Origin: a virus | Strand: one strand, 5' to 3' | Length of the DNA: 16,092 bases | IMG/VR virus record: IMGVR_UViG_3300044856_000082 | Coordinates: 1-16,092 of that record | In this document: in pieces, positions 12,971-16,092 of the stretch | How the letters are laid out: every line of letters begins with the position of its first letter | Numbering within the stretch: position 1 is the stretch's first letter | Made by a program: the position numbers and the translations under genes | Notes under the pieces: generated by a model | The model's database searches: none | Told to the model about the DNA's origin: nothing | Seen by the model: only the letters and a program-made list of their open reading frames with translations

Positions 12971-13728
12971 TGTTTATTAGTTATAACTACGAAACGAAAA
13001 CATTGACAAATACCATTGAACAGTTGGTCATTTCCGATCATGTGATTTCCCCTCTTAAAAATCAGACCATTGATAATATGATTGAAGCAGCTGTGCCTTT
13101 AATCTTCAATTTTGACTTTCCTTTTTATGTCGATGCATCCGCCACAGAATATGCAACCGCAAAACTTGCGTTCGAAAAAACGTTCTGTTTACAGTATTTT
13201 CGGGAACAGATTGGACTGGAAACGATCGGAGAATTTCAGTATCATCTGAAAAGGATTCTAACACTCAATATGCCGTACTATGAACAGTTGTACCGGAGTA
13301 TTACTTTTGAGTATAACCCACTGATTACTCATAAGAGTACGCGAAAAGTAACAAGTACAAAAGACGATACACGAACTGGTGTGATCTCGGGAGACAGCAC
13401 AGCAAAAAACACAACGTCAACTGATACAAACAACGACACACAAAATATTCACTCGGACAATCCGCAGATTAATTTTGCGGGAAAGAATTACGCGTCTACT
13501 ATGGATCGGGGACAGAATACGATTCATAATAGCGCTGTGAGCAATGGAGAAAATACCACAAAAACGAACAGCAATGACACGTATCATGCAGATAACAATG
13601 ATATGATTGAAGCTGAAGGATTTAACGGAAGTTATTCGTTAGAAGTGCAGAGATTCCGCGATACCATCCTTAATCTTAACAAGCGTATCTGCGATGATTG
13701 CAGAGAATTGTTCTATCAATTTTATTAA
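12970..13728 (+). CDS. Lower collar protein (phi29 gp11-like)
   Basis: The start overlaps the portal stop (TAATG). Its 252 aa compare with about 290 in phi29. The FREQIGLETIGEFQYHLKRILTLNMPYYEQLY segment fits my recollection of the conserved gp11 core. The position is syntenic. Confidence 0.7.
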   Translation: MFISYNYETKTLTNTIEQLVISDHVISPLKNQTIDNMIEAAVPLIFNFDFPFYVDASATEYATAKLAFEKTFCLQYFREQIGLETIGEFQYHLKRILTLNMPYYEQLYRSITFEYNPLITHKSTRKVTSTKDDTRTGVISGDSTAKNTTSTDTNNDTQNIHSDNPQINFAGKNYASTMDRGQNTIHNSAVSNGENTTKTNSNDTYHADNNDMIEAEGFNGSYSLEVQRFRDTILNLNKRICDDCRELFYQFY

Positions 13729-13740
13729 GGAGGTATAACA

Positions 13741-15888
13741 ATGGCAGATAAACCAACGATTCCAGATTTTCCTACTTTGCCAGATTTCGGCAAGATAATT
13801 ACACAGGCTTGTGAGGTTGTAGCAAGTGTACGGGGGATTCCGTATGATTTCAATGGAACGCTGAGTCTGGAAAACAAATTTGTTGTACTGTTTAAGACAG
13901 TGAAAGAGATGTTTGACGCACAGGATGAACTTGTAAAAAGTTATAAAACGTTATATGATTTTATAAATCAGTTTTTTGATAATCTCGATTTACAGGCGGA
14001 AGTCAACAAGAAAATCGAAGAAATGAAAAACAGCGGAGAACTTCTGAATTTGTTGAAACCAACGGTAAACAACGAAATAACAGCATGGCTGACAGCTAAT
14101 ATCACGAATCCATCCAATCCACCGATTGATAAATCGTTGACTGTAGAAAATGCCGCTGCGGATGCAAAAGTGACGGGTGATAAAATTAATCTACTAAAGG
14201 AAGATTTATGTAATGCTTATAAAGGCGGTAGATTATTAAACGTGCGAGAGATAGTTTCATCCGAGTCTTTTAACGATTTTGAAAATATAGGAAGCATCCC
14301 AGTGCCAGAAAACAAATATTCGTATGAATTGAACGGAACTTCTATCGCGTGGACTGAAAGTGATTCATATTTGACTTATTCATTCGAAAAAGGAGATAAG
14401 GGTATTGTCAATTTTGGAAACATAAGCAATATATCAGAATTTATGTTCTTAGTCATTTTTGAATATGTCGGAACTACCTATCATATCTTAAAAAAAGACA
14501 GCAATTTATTTAAAGATAGCAACAAACCAACGGATTATTTAACACTTAATGGAACAAGATACAGATATATTTCAAATGGCGTTTTAGAATTTGAAGTAAC
14601 CGATGAAAACTGTAAACTTCATGTTACATTAAAAAAAGCTAATTTCGTTGATGGAACTGGATATGTTATTGGTGAAGAAAAAAAGATATATCCAAAATGG
14701 CTAATGAGAAGTAAAGATAGAATTTTCATCGCTTCTAATGAAGCTTCAGAAGAAGAAAAAATATATGCTGATTATGTGTGTGACGGTGTTAATGATGAAG
14801 TAGAGATTCAAAAAGCTATTGATTATTTAAACAAAGTAGGTGGAGGCTGTATAAAATTATCAGCTGGAAGATTCTTTCTACAGAATTTTACGTTATGTGA
14901 AGATGGTGTATATAGATGCCTAACAATTCCACAATCAAACGTAACTATTGAAATTGAGGGTGTAGGTTTCGGATTCTGGGAAAAAACAGGAAGCTACGAT
15001 AAAATAGTAGGAACAATACTGTATCTTTCGACTATTGCATATAACCAAATTACAAATGACAGGAAATACGAAATTATATCCGCACCAAATATAGAATATT
15101 CAAGACTAGGACTAAGACTAAAAAAGATAGGAATTAGAATTCCAAATAATCAAAAACCAATTATTTGCATAAACCTATTCAATGTCGGTAGACCGTATTT
15201 AGAATCTGTAATGCTTCATGGTTATGGGTTGGACAATGGCGGAATACCGCCAAAAGCGGTAGACGGATGTATTGGAATTAGAATGACTAACGGTTGGAAT
15301 CACGGCACAGAATGCATGTATAAAATGTGTGGCGCTAATGGATTTTATGAAGCGTTCCAAATTGGCGGTGAACACGTAATTATGTTAGATTGCTCAGGAA
15401 TATTTAATGTGTATTCATACACTTTCGGAAATTATGAATGTACTTATGGTGCGTTCTTGCATCCAATTACAATGATAAATTGCTGTGATGAACGTGGTGT
15501 AAATATGCCTTTATTCGTTAAAGCCGGTGTTAAATATAATGGTGTATATACCAAAGGAAAACAAAATATTAATATTATAGATTTTAACCTTGAACGTGGT
15601 GTAACAGAAAATATCCCCGGCGGTGTTGAAGGTAATGATGCAATAGTTATGGATGATGAATGTTTCGCCGGGACAATAACGTATACTAAGAAAATAGGTG
15701 TAAATGCAATCGGAAGTGATAGCACTTTTTTCCAAAAAGGAGGTAAGAATTTTAAAATCAGAAATGTTGCACAGCCATTATATGGAACAACAGAAGTCAG
15801 AAATTCTTTAGGTGCTAATAATGGACAAGAGTTTTTTGATACAGATTTAGGAAAAATGATGTACTTTTTCGAGGGGAGATGGATGTAA
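13741..15888 (+). CDS. Tail appendage / tailspike (phi29 gp12 position) with a right-handed beta-helix depolymerase-like domain
   Basis: It has a strong AAGGAGG SD. The N-terminal anchor region carries the fibre-type motif LTVENAAADAKVTGDKI. The central DGVNDEVEIQKAIDYLNKVGGGCIKLSAGRFFL is a typical pectate-lyase-like beta-helix cap. The C-terminus reads FFDTDLGKMMYFFEGRWM, a common tailspike C-terminal motif. Confidence 0.8.
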   Translation: MADKPTIPDFPTLPDFGKIITQACEVVASVRGIPYDFNGTLSLENKFVVLFKTVKEMFDAQDELVKSYKTLYDFINQFFDNLDLQAEVNKKIEEMKNSGELLNLLKPTVNNEITAWLTANITNPSNPPIDKSLTVENAAADAKVTGDKINLLKEDLCNAYKGGRLLNVREIVSSESFNDFENIGSIPVPENKYSYELNGTSIAWTESDSYLTYSFEKGDKGIVNFGNISNISEFMFLVIFEYVGTTYHILKKDSNLFKDSNKPTDYLTLNGTRYRYISNGVLEFEVTDENCKLHVTLKKANFVDGTGYVIGEEKKIYPKWLMRSKDRIFIASNEASEEEKIYADYVCDGVNDEVEIQKAIDYLNKVGGGCIKLSAGRFFLQNFTLCEDGVYRCLTIPQSNVTIEIEGVGFGFWEKTGSYDKIVGTILYLSTIAYNQITNDRKYEIISAPNIEYSRLGLRLKKIGIRIPNNQKPIICINLFNVGRPYLESVMLHGYGLDNGGIPPKAVDGCIGIRMTNGWNHGTECMYKMCGANGFYEAFQIGGEHVIMLDCSGIFNVYSYTFGNYECTYGAFLHPITMINCCDERGVNMPLFVKAGVKYNGVYTKGKQNINIIDFNLERGVTENIPGGVEGNDAIVMDDECFAGTITYTKKIGVNAIGSDSTFFQKGGKNFKIRNVAQPLYGTTEVRNSLGANNGQEFFDTDLGKMMYFFEGRWM

Positions 15889-15905
15889 CATAAATTTTTA
15901 ATGTT

Positions 15906-15948
15906 GTTAATTAAAGCAGACTTTAATTAACTAAGTAACAAAAGTTAC
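15906..15948 (+). terminator. Two consecutive hairpins after the last gene (putative end-of-operon structure with no U-tract)
   Basis: GTTAATTAAAG (15906-15916), loop CAGA, CTTTAATTAAC (15921-15931) form a perfect 11-bp stem. GTAAC AAAA GTTAC follows at 15935-15948. No T-run follows either hairpin, so terminator function is uncertain. Confidence 0.4.
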
Positions 15949-15965
15949 ACATATATCTACTTCTT

Positions 15966-16092
15966 CCTTTGTCCGTTACCCGGAGAGCTACCGCCTCCGG
16001 CGGTCATCGGCGGACAACCGATCGTTACTGCACGAGCACTAAAGTTACACAGATAACCAACTGGCAGTCCGCAGAGCGGACGACCCCGAACG
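15966..16092. repeat. Right inverted terminal repeat (127 bp)
   Basis: Exact reverse complement of 1-127, ending at the last base of the window. Confidence 0.97.

Larger units (their letters stand above)
1..16092 (+). mobile_element. Complete linear genome of a phi29-like, protein-primed podophage (ITR to ITR)
   Basis: Perfect 127-bp ITRs sit exactly at both window ends. The gene set is phi29-like: protein-primed PolB, gp16-like ATPase and gp7-8-9-10-11-12-like synteny. All genes are on the + strand and tightly packed. Confidence 0.85.

Noticed and set aside
1323-15735. Many antisense or alternative-frame track ORFs inside the large genes (for example 2563-2820 -, 5785-6228 -, 6026-6442 +, 6728-7141 -, 7117-7539 -, 8652-8978 -, 10072-10494 -, 12617-12937 -, 15444-15725 -)
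   Set aside because: Each is fully embedded in a gene with strong homology-type motif support on the + strand. They lack ribosome-binding sites and give low-complexity translations. I treat them as shadow ORFs.
1-16092. Lysogeny functions, tRNA or rRNA genes, CRISPR arrays, and defence or anti-defence cassettes of known type
   Set aside because: No ORF shows integrase, recombinase or repressor signatures. I found no cloverleaf-like tRNA candidates and no repeat-spacer arrays. Every large ORF is accounted for by replication, packaging, lysis or virion functions. The genome therefore looks strictly virulent and minimal.

Overview
The window reads as a complete linear phage genome of about 16.1 kb, of the phi29 type (protein-primed podophage, Salasmaviridae/'Picovirinae'-like). 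Positions 1-127 are the exact reverse complement of 15966-16092, giving perfect 127-bp inverted terminal repeats (ITRs). All credible genes lie on the + strand. Gene order is: three small unknown early ORFs; a putative terminal protein; a family-B protein-primed DNA polymerase; an unlisted 40-aa hydrophobic ORF; a small acidic ORF; an SSB-like protein; a strong terminator; a repeat-dense non-coding region; a gp16-like packaging ATPase; an unknown ORF; a YvrJ/BhlA-like putative holin; an Amidase_5+SH3b endolysin; an Amidase_5+tail-lysozyme virion lysin; then scaffold, major capsid, tail knob (gp9-like), connector (gp10-like), lower collar (gp11-like) and a beta-helix tailspike (gp12-like). Family calls rest on peptide motifs I recognise from memory of the phi29 proteins; no database search was possible. 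Strong GGAGG-type Shine-Dalgarno (SD) sites, sigma-A-type promoters, SH3b and YvrJ-like features point to a Gram-positive (Firmicutes-type) host. I saw no integrase or repressor, tRNA, rRNA or CRISPR array. The main points of interest are: (1) GC-rich hairpin-bearing ITRs with no terminal nucleotide reiteration; (2) a one-strand architecture with the ATPase and lysis genes placed ahead of the structural genes; (3) no recognisable pRNA, but two structured or repeat-rich non-coding regions flanking the ATPase gene; (4) an ATPase start codon whose only SD is separated from it by a hairpin or a 6-codon mini-ORF; (5) a duplicated amidase domain in adjacent lysins; (6) an AT-rich, probably exchanged, receptor-binding half of the tailspike; (7) several recurrent motifs in the non-coding DNA.
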